NCBI GenBank assembly: GCA_964491475.1
Contig: CAZBFO010000002.1
Coordinates: 208,501-272,500, forward strand
Origin: an uncultured Gammaproteobacteria bacterium
Lineage (GTDB): Bacteria; Patescibacteriota; Patescibacteriia; SG8-24
Direction: 5' to 3'
Length of the DNA: 64,000 nt
Below the pieces are notes generated by a model. It was not told the DNA's origin and searched no databases. It worked only from the letters and a program-made list of their open reading frames with translations. Both the position numbers and the translations under genes were made by a program. How positions within the stretch are numbered: position 1 is the first letter of the stretch; each line of letters starts with the position of its first letter. Shown in pieces: positions 9,261-18,967 of this stretch.

Positions 9261-9264
9261 CCGC

Positions 9265-9288
9265 ACCGGACCTCGGTCCGGTTTTTTC
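9265..9288 (+). terminator. Rho-independent terminator
   Basis: accggacc-tcg-ggtccggt stem followed by ttttt. Confidence 0.55.
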
Positions 9289-9351
9289 TTTGTTCGGTTA
9301 CCCACAAACGCCTCTGCGACGGCCTCCATCGGCCCGTGCTATAGTGGAATT

Positions 9352-10566
9352 ATGCCGCCGGAAATGCCGCAAAAATCTCCGCCAAGCCTGCCGCAGAAGC
9401 CGTACACGTTGGATAGCGTGCAGACCATGCCGCACGTGCCCAATAGGCCGATGCGCCAGTCCATCGCCTTGTATCGCCGTATCGTCACGGTGTTCTTGGT
9501 GTTGACCGTGCTGGTGGCGGTGATGGTGGCTTACGTGGTGCTGTCGCGCGCCTCCATCGTGATCCTCTCCAAGCAGGATTCGGCCAACGCCGACTTCATC
9601 GTGGACGTGGCAACCAAGCCGAGCGCCAACGAAGTCGCCGGTACCGTGCTGCAGGCCGAGGACTCGCTCACCGAGACGTTCCCGTCGTCGTCCGTCATCA
9701 AGATCGACGCGCCGGCCGAGGGCAAGGTGAAAATTTCGAGCACGCTGTTCCGTCCGCAGACGCTCATCGCCACCACGCGCCTGCTCACGCCCGACGGCGT
9801 GCTGTTCCGGCTCAAGAAGACGGTGGTCGTGCCGGCCGGCGGCAGCGTCGTCGCCGACGTGCATGCCGATCAGCCTGGCGCGTCGGGCAACGTCGCCGGC
9901 GTCACCTTCGCGATCCCGGGCCTCAATGCAGAGACCGCACGTTTCTTCACCGTCACCACGGTCGATTCCATCGAGGGTGGAGTGAAGGACCAGCACATGC
10001 TTACGAAGGAAGACATCGCTACGGCAGCCGAGGCGTTGGGAACGAAGCTGAAGGGGTCGTTGGCCGACGCGCTCCGCCAAAAGGCCAAGGATGCCGGAGT
10101 GCAGACTGGCGGGGAATTCATCAGCTACGACGTCGTCCGCCAGTCCACCAACGTCCCCGTCGGCGACGAAGGCACGCAATTCTCGCTTACGCTCGACCTT
10201 AAGGCCACCGGCGTCTTCTACGACGCCAAAGCGTTCGCCGACCGCGTGAATGCCAACATCACCGATCACCTGCCGTACGGCCGCGGGCTGCTGTCCGTCG
10301 AGGACGGCTCCGTAACCACCGAAGTCGAGAAGGTCGACCTGGTCGCCAATCGCGCCAATCTGCATGTCACCGCCAAAGGCACTACGGTGCTTTCGCCCGA
10401 TTCGCCCGCACTCCGCAAGGAGAAACTGCTGGGCGTGACCGCCGACGCCGCCAAGAAATACCTGGAGCGCATCGACGGCGTCTCCTCGGCTTCCGTGCGC
10501 GTGACGCCGTTCTGGATCGGCCGATTGCCGAACGTGCCGGAACATATCACCATCGAGGTCCGCTAA
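9352..10566 (+). CDS. Membrane-anchored (1 TM) extracytoplasmic protein of unknown function
   Basis: TM segment IVTVFLVLTVLVAVMVAYVVL followed by a large hydrophilic domain. A TGcTATAGT box at 9337-9345 sits immediately upstream, so the mRNA appears leaderless. The antisense 513-aa ORF is GC-frame noise. Confidence 0.5.
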   Translation: MPPEMPQKSPPSLPQKPYTLDSVQTMPHVPNRPMRQSIALYRRIVTVFLVLTVLVAVMVAYVVLSRASIVILSKQDSANADFIVDVATKPSANEVAGTVLQAEDSLTETFPSSSVIKIDAPAEGKVKISSTLFRPQTLIATTRLLTPDGVLFRLKKTVVVPAGGSVVADVHADQPGASGNVAGVTFAIPGLNAETARFFTVTTVDSIEGGVKDQHMLTKEDIATAAEALGTKLKGSLADALRQKAKDAGVQTGGEFISYDVVRQSTNVPVGDEGTQFSLTLDLKATGVFYDAKAFADRVNANITDHLPYGRGLLSVEDGSVTTEVEKVDLVANRANLHVTAKGTTVLSPDSPALRKEKLLGVTADAAKKYLERIDGVSSASVRVTPFWIGRLPNVPEHITIEVR

Positions 10567-10567
10567 A

Positions 10568-10600
10568 AGAAAAAATCCCGCGTAGGCGGGATTTGCCGTT
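10568..10600. terminator. Bidirectional terminator between convergent genes
   Basis: aaaaaatcccgcgtaggcgggatttg: atcccgc/gcgggat stem flanked by an A-run and a T-rich stretch. Confidence 0.6.
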
Positions 10601-10978
10601 TCAGAGCGGCCAGATGGCAGCGCCGCGTTTGTAGTACACCGGTATGTCGTCGAAGATTTTCGGGAACACGACCCAGGTGCTGCGGTCGGGAATGTCTGCG
10701 GGGTTCGTGCCCGTCTCTTTTGGAAAAGAGTGTTCGTCTGGCCGGTCTTTGTCGTGCGTGAGTCCCGCGGGCAGCCACTCGGCGAGAATGGCCTCTTCTC
10801 CGGGTTGGCAGCCGAATTCTGCAAGGCGCGAGGCGGCACAGAATTTGGAATGACTTACGACGTTGAGCGTGACTGGCGTGCCGTCGCCGCCCTCGATGGT
10901 GCCGACCGCCCCCATGAAGCTTCGGCCGAAGCTCTGTTTCTTGAATTTGGCAAGCTGCTCGTCGCTGAACTGGCTCAT
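10601..10978 (-). CDS. Hypothetical protein (about 125 aa)
   Basis: Start trimmed to MSQFSDEQLAKFKK. Composition is protein-like and no motif was recognised. Confidence 0.4.
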   Translation of the reverse strand: MSQFSDEQLAKFKKQSFGRSFMGAVGTIEGGDGTPVTLNVVSHSKFCAASRLAEFGCQPGEEAILAEWLPAGLTHDKDRPDEHSFPKETGTNPADIPDRSTWVVFPKIFDDIPVYYKRGAAIWPL

Positions 10979-11141
10979 GGTACTTTCCTGCTGGCATGTG
11001 GGAAGGAACAACGTTTTGCATCATAGCAAAATCGGTCGCAAAACATAACCGGTACGCCCCTTGCTGATACCCGACTGACGGGGTACTCTTTTTCAGTATT
11101 TCCCCGGCTTTTCCGTCTTTGTCTTTTCGCTTATTTCCGCT

Positions 11142-12962
11142 ATGGCAGCAAAGAAACCCACCGAATTTACCCCTGTCGACACCATGCGCCACTCGGCAGC
11201 CCACGTGCTGGCCGCGGCCATCATGGAGATGTTTCCCGAGGCCAAGCTGGGCATCGGACCGGTCATCGAGAACGGCTTCTATTACGACATCGACGTGCCG
11301 CGCCCGATCACCACGCTCGACCTCCAAAAGCTGGAGGCGCGCATGGGCAAGATCATGCAGCGCAACGAGCCCTTCGTTCGTGAGGAGCTGAAGATCGACG
11401 ACGCCATCGAGATGTTCCGCCAGATGAAGCAGGACTACAAGGTGGAACTGCTGACCGACCTCAAGACCAAGGGCAGCACCGCCGCCGTTTCCGACGACGA
11501 GGCTGTCGACATCGACGCCGCCAAGCCGGACATGGCTTCGATTTACCGCACCGGAAAATTCGTGGACCTCTGCCGCGGTCCGCACGTGGAGCGCGCAGGG
11601 CAGGCCGGCGCCATCAAGCTGAAGTCGGTCGCCGGCGCCTATTGGCGCGGCAACCAGGCCAACAAGCAGCTGCAGCGCATTTACGGTTACGCTTTCCCCA
11701 CCAAGGCCGATCTCGAGAACTTCCTCAAGATGATGGAAGAGGCCGAGAAGCGCGACCATCGCAAGCTCGGTGCCGAGCTGGACCTGTTCGTGTTTTCCGA
11801 TCTGGTCGGTCCGGGCCTGCCGCTGTTCACGCCACGCGGCCAGTTCCTGCGCTCGCAGCTCGACGACTACGTGTGGAGCATGCGCTCGGCCGCCGGCTAC
11901 GACCGCGTCGAGATTCCGCATATCACCAAGAAGGATTTGTACGAGAAGTCCGGTCACTGGGCCAAGTACAAGGACGACCTGTTCCGCTTCAAGACGCGCG
12001 AGGGGCACGAGTTCGCCATGAAGCCGATGAACTGCCCGCACCACACCCAGATCTACAACCGCCGCCAGTGGAGCTATCGCGAGCTGCCGCAGCGCTACGC
12101 CAACAGCACCATGGTCTACCGCGACGAGCAGTCGGGCGAGCTTTCCGGCTTGTCGCGCGTGCGCGCCTTCACCCAGGACGACGCCCACGTCTTCTGCCGC
12201 GTCGGCCAGATGCAGAAGGAAATGGCGGTCATTTGGGACTTCATTCATAAGTTCTACGGCGTGTTCGGTTTTGACCTCAAGCTGCGCTTGTCGCTGCACG
12301 ATCCCAAGAACCCCGAGAAGTACTTGGGAAGCAAGGAGACCTGGAAGGTCGCCGAAGACGCGTTGCGCCAGGTGGCCAAGGCGAAAAAGAAATCCTACGA
12401 CGAAGCTCCGGGCGAAGCCGCCTTCTACGGTCCCAAGCTGGACTTCATGGCCAAGGATTCCATCGGACGCTCCTGGCAGGTGGCCACCATTCAGCTCGAC
12501 TTCTCGCAACCCGCCAGCTTCGACCTGACCTGCATGAACGAGAAGGGGGAGAAGGAAGGCATCGTGATGATTCACGCCGCCATCATGGGCTCGATCGACC
12601 GCTTCCTCTCCGTGATGATCGAGCACACCGCCGGTCACTTCCCGGCCTGGCTGGCGCCGACGCAGGTGCAGCTGATTCCCGTCGGCAAGACGCATGCGGC
12701 CACCGTCAAGAAGCTCCACAAGATGCTCGCTGCCGAAGGCATCCGCGTGGCCTCATCGGAACCTACCGCTTCCGTCGGCTACAACATCCGCAACGCCGAG
12801 AAGATGAAGGTGCCCTACATGCTGGTCATCGGCGACAAGGAAAAGAAGCTGACCTCCCTGAACGTCCGCATCCGCGGCAACGCCAAGGAGAAGAAGATGT
12901 CGTTCAAGCAATTCGTGAAGCACGTCACCGAGAACGCCGCCAAGAAGAAGCTGAAGCCGTAA
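11142..12962 (+). CDS. thrS: Threonyl-tRNA synthetase lacking the N-terminal TGS domain
   Basis: HSAAHVLAAAIMEMFPEAKLGIGPVIENGFYYD (editing-domain motif) begins at residue 17. Class II aaRS motifs are present; 606 aa. Confidence 0.9.
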   Translation: MAAKKPTEFTPVDTMRHSAAHVLAAAIMEMFPEAKLGIGPVIENGFYYDIDVPRPITTLDLQKLEARMGKIMQRNEPFVREELKIDDAIEMFRQMKQDYKVELLTDLKTKGSTAAVSDDEAVDIDAAKPDMASIYRTGKFVDLCRGPHVERAGQAGAIKLKSVAGAYWRGNQANKQLQRIYGYAFPTKADLENFLKMMEEAEKRDHRKLGAELDLFVFSDLVGPGLPLFTPRGQFLRSQLDDYVWSMRSAAGYDRVEIPHITKKDLYEKSGHWAKYKDDLFRFKTREGHEFAMKPMNCPHHTQIYNRRQWSYRELPQRYANSTMVYRDEQSGELSGLSRVRAFTQDDAHVFCRVGQMQKEMAVIWDFIHKFYGVFGFDLKLRLSLHDPKNPEKYLGSKETWKVAEDALRQVAKAKKKSYDEAPGEAAFYGPKLDFMAKDSIGRSWQVATIQLDFSQPASFDLTCMNEKGEKEGIVMIHAAIMGSIDRFLSVMIEHTAGHFPAWLAPTQVQLIPVGKTHAATVKKLHKMLAAEGIRVASSEPTASVGYNIRNAEKMKVPYMLVIGDKEKKLTSLNVRIRGNAKEKKMSFKQFVKHVTENAAKKKLKP

Positions 12963-12980
12963 TCTCGCGGCTAGGCAATC

Positions 12981-13008
12981 AAAAACCGGTCCGCAGGGGA
13001 CCGGTTTT
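12981..13008. terminator. Bidirectional rho-independent terminator
   Basis: aaaaaccggtcc-gcagg-ggaccggtttt: perfect 11-bp stem with A and T flanks, between convergent genes. Confidence 0.7.
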
Positions 13009-13030
13009 GTCATTGCGCATTGTTGGGTCG

Positions 13031-13318
13031 TTACTGTCGGCCCGGCTGGTTGCGTTCGGCAGTGATTTGCCGCGAGCGCTGCGCCTGCAGGGGATTGGTG
13101 CGGGCGTTGCCCATGGCGTTGGCCGTCGCTTCCATCTCGGACAGGCTCTTGCCCATCTTGTCGAAGGTGTCGAGGGCCTGGTCCTTGGCGCGCTGATCGG
13201 CGATACCGTGCTTGCTGCGCAGGTAGTCAGCCGCCTTTTCCAGGCCGGCGCGGGCGCGGACGATCTTTTCCTCGAGCTCCGCCTTGTTCTGGGCGGCGAT
13301 GCGCTCGGCATCGTTCAT
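13031..13318 (-). CDS. Small coiled-coil hypothetical protein (95 aa)
   Basis: MNDAERIAAQNKAELEEKIVRARAGLEKAADYL... is charged, with heptad-like periodicity. The alternative-frame ORF is Arg/Ser-rich noise. Confidence 0.4.
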   Translation of the reverse strand: MNDAERIAAQNKAELEEKIVRARAGLEKAADYLRSKHGIADQRAKDQALDTFDKMGKSLSEMEATANAMGNARTNPLQAQRSRQITAERNQPGRQ

Positions 13319-13526
13319 GTCGGCGCGGCGTTCCGATGCGTTTTCGGCCTGCGCGCCGACCCGCCTGTGCGGCTCCGTGGATCGGCGACGCCGCTTTCGG
13401 GAGCCTGCTCTTCGGAACCGTTCTTGCCGTCTTCGCGCGGCTTCATGTCACGGAGCATTTCCGGTTTAAGCATCTCGTTCACAGGCAGGTGGAGACGGGC
13501 TTTAGTAGGGGGCGATATCGCTATTG

Positions 13527-14732
13527 CTATTGCTTATTCTGCGCCCTGATACTGAGGCCTTCCTTGCTGCGGTCGGTGTGCAGTTTCCGTTCGTCAAGGT
13601 CGGCTTTTGCCTTGTTGTAATCCTCAAGCAGGCTGGCGTACGTGTCCATCAGGCTGTTCACTTCTCGGGTCTTTTTGTTGAAGAGCCCGCCGAAAAAACC
13701 CTTGACCTTACCGAACGCTCCATCGATGGTGCGCCTGTTATAGGCGTCCTCGAGATTGGTGACGCCGCGGTCGCCGAGCGCCTTCTTGGCACGCTCCAGC
13801 TGCTGTTCGATCACCGGCATGGCCTCAGCGGCCTTCATCGCCTTCTCGTATTTCTGGGCCTCGACTTCTCCCATGCCTTCGGCGAAGGTGTTCTTCTCGG
13901 TCGGCTGTTTTGCACCGTGCAGCTTGTCGATGACCTCGCCGCGCCTCATGAAGTTGGCTTCCAGCTCGTCCGCGTGCTGCTGTTCGGCGGCGATTTCATC
14001 CCAGCCGGCGTCGACGGCCTTCAGTTCCTCATGCTCGCGCATGGTCTCGTCGACACGGGCCTCGCGATCCTTCATCCGCTTTTCCTTGTTTGCAAGCTGC
14101 GCGACCTTTTCGCGAAGGCCGTAGCCGTCGGGGATTTTCTCGAGAGCGGACGAGTTGGGGAAATGCATCGCCGAATCAATCCAGCCCTTCAGCTCCTTGG
14201 CCGAAATCTTTTTGCCGGACTCGGTCTCCATGCTGCCGATCATGTCGACGACGTTCTTGATCGCCTCGATGGAACCCGCCGCACCGACGGTTTCGGTATA
14301 CAGTTCGGCCTTCTCCTTCGCTTCCTGCTGCTCGCGCTGGAAATCCTCCGAGTCGCGATGGATGGAAGCCACCTCGAGCCTGTTCAAAGCGTCATCACTG
14401 GCCTTGCGGTCGGCGGCGGCCTTTTCTTCGGCCGACATCTCCGGAGCGCCCTCGCGGTCGGGGCGAGCGGCGTATTCGGAAGCCTGACGCACCGACTCCT
14501 CCATCCGCTCGCGGCGCATCTTGTCCGACTTCAAATTGAGCTTCTCCATCGTGGGAGCTGAAGTCACCACGTCATCGTCTGGAGAGGCGTCCGACGTCTC
14601 AATGATGTCCGCGTCGGTGAGCTCCTCGGCCTGCTCCTCCTGCTTGGGCGCTTCTTTGGGAGCTTCCGATTTCTTGCGCTTGCCCGACGATCGCTTTGCT
14701 TCTTCAGGCGTGAATCCGCGTTCGCTCATCAT
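13527..14732 (-). CDS. Highly charged coiled-coil hypothetical protein (401 aa)
   Basis: Long ORF, E/K/R/A-rich with Met and aromatic residues. It is served by its own TGcTATACT promoter at 14775-14783 on the minus strand. Confidence 0.5.
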   Translation of the reverse strand: MMSERGFTPEEAKRSSGKRKKSEAPKEAPKQEEQAEELTDADIIETSDASPDDDVVTSAPTMEKLNLKSDKMRRERMEESVRQASEYAARPDREGAPEMSAEEKAAADRKASDDALNRLEVASIHRDSEDFQREQQEAKEKAELYTETVGAAGSIEAIKNVVDMIGSMETESGKKISAKELKGWIDSAMHFPNSSALEKIPDGYGLREKVAQLANKEKRMKDREARVDETMREHEELKAVDAGWDEIAAEQQHADELEANFMRRGEVIDKLHGAKQPTEKNTFAEGMGEVEAQKYEKAMKAAEAMPVIEQQLERAKKALGDRGVTNLEDAYNRRTIDGAFGKVKGFFGGLFNKKTREVNSLMDTYASLLEDYNKAKADLDERKLHTDRSKEGLSIRAQNKQ

Positions 14733-14826
14733 AGTGATTATGCGTAAAAAGGTAACCCAGCGTTATCGCCCTTTAGTATAGCAAAATTTTGCCTGCAGGT
14801 CAACGAAAAGAGGCTATTTCGGCGCA

Positions 14827-14855
14827 TTGACGCATGGCCGTTCCGGTGCTAGTCT
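14827..14855 (+). promoter_or_regulatory. miaB promoter, TTGACG-17-TGcTAGTCT
   Basis: -35 box at 14827-14832, 17-nt spacer, extended -10 at 14847-14855; the ATG is at 14872. Confidence 0.45.
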
Positions 14856-14871
14856 AAGCCAGATTTCGCCT

Positions 14872-16212
14872 ATGCCACGCGCCAAATACCATCTCATCAC
14901 CCTGGGTTGCCAGATGAACAAGTCCGACTCCGAGAGGGTCGCGACGGTTTTGGATCGCATGGGCATGCAGGAGACTGCCGTCGAGGACGATGCCGACCTC
15001 ATTCTCATCAATTCGTGCTCGGTGCGTCAGACTGCCGAGGACCGCATCTTCGGCAAGATGCGCGATTTCGGCCGGATGAAGGAGAAGAATCCGAAGTTGA
15101 TCGTCGGCGTTACCGGTTGTCTTCCCGGTCGCGACAAAGATGGCGTGATCCGCGCCAAGATGCCGGTGGCCGATCTGTATTTTCCCATCAAGGACCTGCC
15201 GCAGCTGCCGCGCTGGATGGCCGAACTGAACCCCGACTTCGCCAACGAAGGCGACGTGGAGAACGACTACCTGGCCGTGAAGCCTCGCTATGCCAGCGAG
15301 AAGCAGGCCTACGTCTCGATTCAGACCGGCTGCAACAAGTTCTGCACCTACTGCGTGGTGCCGTTCTCGCGCGGCCTGGAGAAGAACCGTCCGGCGGCGG
15401 ATATCATCAATGAAATCCGCGAACGCACCGAGAAGGGGACGGTCGAGGTGACGTTGCTCGGCCAAACCGTCAACGCCTATCGCGCACCCGATCGCGCGAC
15501 AGGATTTTCGCCGGAAAATCCTTACAAAGACGACTTCGCAGCGCTGCTTTGGGAGGTCAATCAGATCCCGGGCATCGAGCGCATCCACTATACCGCCCCG
15601 CACCCGCGCCACATGACCGACGAGGTCATCGACGCGCTGACTTTGCCCAAGCACGTCAACTATCTGCACCTGCCCGTGCAGGCCGGCAACGACGAAGTGC
15701 TGCGCCGCATGAACCGCCGTTACGGCTGCGCCGAGTTCCTTGAAGTCATCCGCAAAGTGCGCGTCAAATGCCCGACCATCGGCATCGGCACCGACATCAT
15801 CGTCGGCTTCTGCGGCGAAACCGAGGAACAGTTCGAGGATACCGTGGCCATGTACAAGGCCGCCGACTTCGACATCTCCTATACCGCCCAGTACAGCCCG
15901 CGCTCCGGCACCGCCGCCTACCGCGCCTTCAAGGACGACGTGCCGCGTCTGGAAAAGAAGCGCCGTTGGCTCAAATTGCAGAACCTGATGGAAGAGATCG
16001 TCCTTCGCAAGAACCAGGCTTACGTGGGACGCGAAGTCGAAGTGCTGGTCGATTCGTGGGACCACAGCGTGGCTTCCGGCCAGTCGCGCGAGATGAAACT
16101 GACCCGTTTCAACTCCGCCGAGGACTTGCGCGGGGCCACCGTGCGCGTGCGCGTCACCAAGGCTTTTGAGTGGATGCTTTCTTCGGAGCTGGTGTCGGTG
16201 GTTCGCCACTGA
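14872..16212 (+). CDS. miaB: tRNA-i6A37 methylthiotransferase (radical SAM)
   Basis: N-terminal YHLITLGCQMNKSDSE (MTTase domain), radical-SAM CxxxCxxC region and C-terminal TRAM domain. Start trimmed to MPRAKYH. Confidence 0.9.
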   Translation: MPRAKYHLITLGCQMNKSDSERVATVLDRMGMQETAVEDDADLILINSCSVRQTAEDRIFGKMRDFGRMKEKNPKLIVGVTGCLPGRDKDGVIRAKMPVADLYFPIKDLPQLPRWMAELNPDFANEGDVENDYLAVKPRYASEKQAYVSIQTGCNKFCTYCVVPFSRGLEKNRPAADIINEIRERTEKGTVEVTLLGQTVNAYRAPDRATGFSPENPYKDDFAALLWEVNQIPGIERIHYTAPHPRHMTDEVIDALTLPKHVNYLHLPVQAGNDEVLRRMNRRYGCAEFLEVIRKVRVKCPTIGIGTDIIVGFCGETEEQFEDTVAMYKAADFDISYTAQYSPRSGTAAYRAFKDDVPRLEKKRRWLKLQNLMEEIVLRKNQAYVGREVEVLVDSWDHSVASGQSREMKLTRFNSAEDLRGATVRVRVTKAFEWMLSSELVSVVRH

Positions 16213-16283
16213 TGCCGCGCGGCTTGCGACCGGTCATGGCGGCAGGCATGCTGAAAGGGAATAAGGATTGATCCTCGACGCTT

Positions 16284-17531
16284 GTGCAAACGGACGTTCG
16301 GGCAAAAAACATCTCGGCCGCGGCCCGGTTTCTTTCGGCGTACCGTTTCGAATTGCTGCTCTTGGCCGTGGCGGCCGCATTGTGGTGGCCCTACGCCGAC
16401 GGCCGCTCCACCTACGCCTACGCCGAGCTTGTACGCGACTTGTCCGTCACGCGCGACTTGGCTGCGGGTCATGTCGTGCTGCTGGGCCCGCCGTCGAGTC
16501 TCGGCGCGTTCCGTTTTGGGCCGGCGTACTACTTTCTCCTGCTTCCGTTCGCCGCGATTTTCGGGTTCGCGCGTTACTCGTTGGCGGCCGCCAGCATGCT
16601 GTTTTTGCTGGCGACCGTGGCGCTGGTCGGCGTGCTGTGCCGGCGATGGTTCGGGGATCGGACGCTGTCGCTGCTGGCGATGGCCATGATGGTCCTTGCG
16701 AACATCGATTTGCAGCTGGCCAAATACGGTTCGAATCCGAACTTCGTCCCGTTTTTCACGGCGCTGTTCTTCTTGGCGATGGAGCGCCTGATTGACGGCT
16801 CTCGACGCTCTCGGGACTGGGCCGTGCTGGGACTGGCCACGGGCGTGCTCGTGCAGCTGCACGCGGTGCCGCTGATCGTCATTCCCCTGGTGTTGGCGGT
16901 CGCACTGGGCAAGAAGTGGCTGCGCTTCTCCATGCGCGGATTCGGCTGGTTCGCGTCTGCCGCGGCCGTCGTGCTGTCGCCGCCGCTCTGGTACGAGGCG
17001 ACGCACGGATTTTCAAACGCTGCGGCGTTGTTCGGCATCGCTCACCAGCCGTTTGATTTGCCGGGATACTCGGCGCATTTCTGCGACTACCTGGGCTTTT
17101 GGTTTTCGCCGTGGATCTCGCTGCACGGCTACTTCAACGTCTTCAACTACTGGGGTATCGGATTGTTCGCCCTGGCCGCGCCGTTGTCGGTCGCGTTATT
17201 CGTTGCTGTCCGACGGGACTTGCGGTCTACACGGACGACGCAATTCACGACGGCGATCCGTCCGTCGGTGCAACGCGCGCTGCGGCTGTGGCTCGCCGTT
17301 CCCTCCGCGGTCTTGCTTGCGCCCGTGCCGGGCTTGCGCGTGCTCCACGTCTATTACTTTTTCACGCTGCTTCCCGTCGCTTTCATCGTCTACGCGTTGC
17401 TCGTGCGTCGGCTCTGGCTGAACGGCCGGCGGCGCGTTACCATAGTCCTGGCGTTCACTTTCCTGCTGCTGCAGATCGCCCAGCTGGCGCTGTACTGGCA
17501 GGTGGTAGGAGCGCAACTGATTCCATCCTGA
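16284..17531 (+). CDS. Polytopic membrane protein, possibly a GT-C (ArnT/PMT-like) glycosyltransferase
   Basis: About 10 hydrophobic segments; its organisation resembles GT39/GT83 membrane glycosyltransferases. Confidence 0.45.
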   Translation: MQTDVRAKNISAAARFLSAYRFELLLLAVAAALWWPYADGRSTYAYAELVRDLSVTRDLAAGHVVLLGPPSSLGAFRFGPAYYFLLLPFAAIFGFARYSLAAASMLFLLATVALVGVLCRRWFGDRTLSLLAMAMMVLANIDLQLAKYGSNPNFVPFFTALFFLAMERLIDGSRRSRDWAVLGLATGVLVQLHAVPLIVIPLVLAVALGKKWLRFSMRGFGWFASAAAVVLSPPLWYEATHGFSNAAALFGIAHQPFDLPGYSAHFCDYLGFWFSPWISLHGYFNVFNYWGIGLFALAAPLSVALFVAVRRDLRSTRTTQFTTAIRPSVQRALRLWLAVPSAVLLAPVPGLRVLHVYYFFTLLPVAFIVYALLVRRLWLNGRRRVTIVLAFTFLLLQIAQLALYWQVVGAQLIPS

Positions 17532-17544
17532 TCGATTTCCGCGC

Positions 17545-18957
17545 ATGCTTTCCAAGTCCGACTTCATGAAATACGTCGAGTGTCCCTGCCTGCTGTGGTT
17601 GCAGAAGTGCAGGCCCGATTTGCTGCCCCCGGTCGATGCCGCCACCGAGCGGTTGTTCGCTGCCGGTCGCGAAGTAGACTTGGAGTCGCGCAAGCTTTTT
17701 CCCGGCGGAAAGGAAGTGGCCGGCTTCGTCTTCGACGGCTGGCGCAACACGCAGCGCGCCTTGGCCGAAGGGCACGAGGTGCTGTTCCAGCCCACGGCCG
17801 TTGCCGGCCAGCTTCATGCCCGGGCCGACATCCTCACCCGCAACCGCGAAGCCGGAGCTTGGGACATCCGCGAGGTGAAGATGGCAACGCGGGTGAAGGA
17901 CGAGCATCTCACCGACCTGGCTTTCCAGTATTTGTGTTTCCGCAACGCCAAGGTGGAAGTGAAGCGCACCCACCTGGTGCACATCAACAACCGCTACATC
18001 CGCCGCGGCGCTGTTGATCCGCGCAAGCTCTTCGCGTCCGAAGACGTCACCGAACAAGTCCAAAAAGAGGCGCTGCGGGTGCGGCGCCAGATTCCCAAGG
18101 CGCTGGCGGTGCTCGAATGGGGCCGCGTGCCCGGCGAACGCAACGTGAAGGCCTGCGTCGACGAGAAGACCTGCGAGTACCTCGGTTCGTATTTGGCCGA
18201 GTTGCCCGCGCCGTTGCGCGCGAAATTGGAGGAGCTGCGCGCCAAGGAGCCGCTGCCGAATCCGCCGATCATCCGCATCAACGGACTGAAGATCAAGAAG
18301 GCGATTCAGGACTTGCACCGCCCGTTCCAATTCCTCGATTACGAGACCTTCAGCCCGGCCATCCCGATGTTCGACGGCTACCGCCCTTACGAGGCGGTGA
18401 CCTTTCAGTATTCGCTGCACCTGCAGGACACGCCGGACGCCAAACCGCGCCATGTCGCTTACCTGCACGATCAGATGAGCGATCCGGCCCCGGCGCTTTC
18501 GGCGCACCTGCGGCAGCATGCCTTGCCCGGGGGCACCTTCGTGGCCTGGTACGCCCGTTTCGAAAAGGACCGCAACACCGAAATGGGCAAGCGCCTGCCG
18601 GAGTTCGAGCCGTTCTACGCCTCGGTCAACGACCGCATGTACGACCCCATCGCCCTGTTCAAGAAGAAGGGCGGGTCGTATTTCCACTCCGATTTCATGG
18701 GCAGCGCCTCGCTCAAGAAGGTATTGCCCGTGCTGGCACCGGAGCTTTCCTACAAGGACCTGGCCATTCAGGAAGGCGAGACGGCCTCGAACGGCTGGCC
18801 GACGCTGATTGATCCCCATACGCCCGCCGCCAAACGAGACAAGCTCCGCGATGACATGCTGGCCTATTGCGGCCGCGATACCTTGGCGATGGTGCGCATC
18901 ATGGAGCATCTTGACGAGGTGACTTCCGACGGGAAGCGACGCTTGCCCGGATTATGA
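17545..18957 (+). CDS. DUF2779-like protein (Cas4/RecB-like nuclease-fold N-terminus)
   Basis: N-terminus MLSKSDFMKYVECPCLLWL matches the DUF2779 signature (SKS.F..G.QCPK.LWL); 470 aa. Confidence 0.55.
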   Translation: MLSKSDFMKYVECPCLLWLQKCRPDLLPPVDAATERLFAAGREVDLESRKLFPGGKEVAGFVFDGWRNTQRALAEGHEVLFQPTAVAGQLHARADILTRNREAGAWDIREVKMATRVKDEHLTDLAFQYLCFRNAKVEVKRTHLVHINNRYIRRGAVDPRKLFASEDVTEQVQKEALRVRRQIPKALAVLEWGRVPGERNVKACVDEKTCEYLGSYLAELPAPLRAKLEELRAKEPLPNPPIIRINGLKIKKAIQDLHRPFQFLDYETFSPAIPMFDGYRPYEAVTFQYSLHLQDTPDAKPRHVAYLHDQMSDPAPALSAHLRQHALPGGTFVAWYARFEKDRNTEMGKRLPEFEPFYASVNDRMYDPIALFKKKGGSYFHSDFMGSASLKKVLPVLAPELSYKDLAIQEGETASNGWPTLIDPHTPAAKRDKLRDDMLAYCGRDTLAMVRIMEHLDEVTSDGKRRLPGL

Positions 18958-18967
18958 TCCCGCCGTC

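Noticed and set aside
9298-10839. 513-aa minus-strand ORF opposite the 9352 membrane-protein gene
   Set aside because: It has Arg/Gly-rich composition, and the plus-strand protein has a TM helix and a leaderless promoter.
10563-12719. 718-aa ORF antisense to thrS
   Set aside because: It is a GC-frame artefact: Arg/Gly/Ala/His-rich with no motifs, and thrS on the other strand has clear aaRS signatures.
14854-16209. 451-aa ORF antisense to miaB
   Set aside because: It is an antisense GC-frame ORF; miaB motifs are on the plus strand.
16729-16741. tRNA T-arm-like string cggttcgaatccg
   Set aside because: It lies inside a well-supported membrane-protein CDS, with no acceptor or anticodon stems around it. 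No tRNA genes were found anywhere in the window.
17455-18909. 484-aa ORF antisense to the DUF2779 gene
   Set aside because: It is an antisense artefact (R/G/A-rich).
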